IMG/VR virus record: IMGVR_UViG_3300043777_000051
Coordinates: 1 to 55,111 of that record
From: a virus
Taxonomy: Duplodnaviria; Caudoviricetes
Reading direction: 5' to 3' (one strand)
Length of the DNA stretch: 55,111 nt
Positions within the stretch are counted from its first letter, which is position 1. Every line of letters begins with the position of its first letter. This document shows positions 55,016 through 55,111 of the stretch, piece after piece. Made by a program: the position numbers and the translations under genes. The notes under the pieces are model-generated. The model saw only the letters and a list, made by a program, of their open reading frames with translations. It was not told where the DNA came from and did not search any database.

Positions 55016-55111
55016 GGTTGCCTCCTATGGCAAATTTTTCCCTTCAATGACTCGGCTTTCCAGTTTCCCAAGACAGACTTCGCCGCACACGGGAAAGTAA
55101 TTTGCTTTCAA
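54985..55111. repeat. 127-nt terminal direct repeat, copy 2
   Basis: identical to 1-127. Confidence 0.95.

Noticed and set aside
54985-55111. Biological direct terminal repeat
   Set aside because: It is exactly 127 nt and cuts through genes, so it is best explained as k-mer overlap of a circular contig.
1-55111. CRISPR array, retron or alternative genetic code
   Set aside because: No spaced repeats or RT gene were seen; core genes are intact under the standard code and use all three stop codons.

Overview
Apparently complete circular ~55-kb tailed-phage genome (the 127-nt end repeat looks like assembly overlap) with a podovirus-like head/tail module. The host is probably an Acidobacterium, inferred from the style of the secreted proteins and the allo-tRNA. 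Layout: a leftward early arm (ERF, YqaJ, replication initiator), a rightward nin-like arm (NinG, dual-frame C5 methyltransferase), and a leftward late arm (glycosyltransferase, terminase, portal, scaffold, capsid, adaptor/nozzle, ejection proteins, large signal-peptide-bearing fibre-like proteins, small membrane proteins). The standout is a precisely bounded 6052-bp IS1595-family cargo transposon (39792-45843; 23-bp TIRs, 8-bp TSD). It carries an AbiF/HEPN gene with an upstream structured RNA, a nested second IS1595 transposase, a tRNA-Cys-like RNA, an 8/4 allo-tRNA with a UAU anticodon, and further hairpin RNAs. Other oddities: unannotated Lys/Arg-rich micropeptides in the head operon, Sec signal peptides on fibre-like proteins, an M.EcoHK31I-type overlapping methylase with swapped frames, and an H-type pseudoknot over the initiator RBS. 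No integrase, CI repressor or endolysin was recognised. All calls are by eye; no database searches were run.
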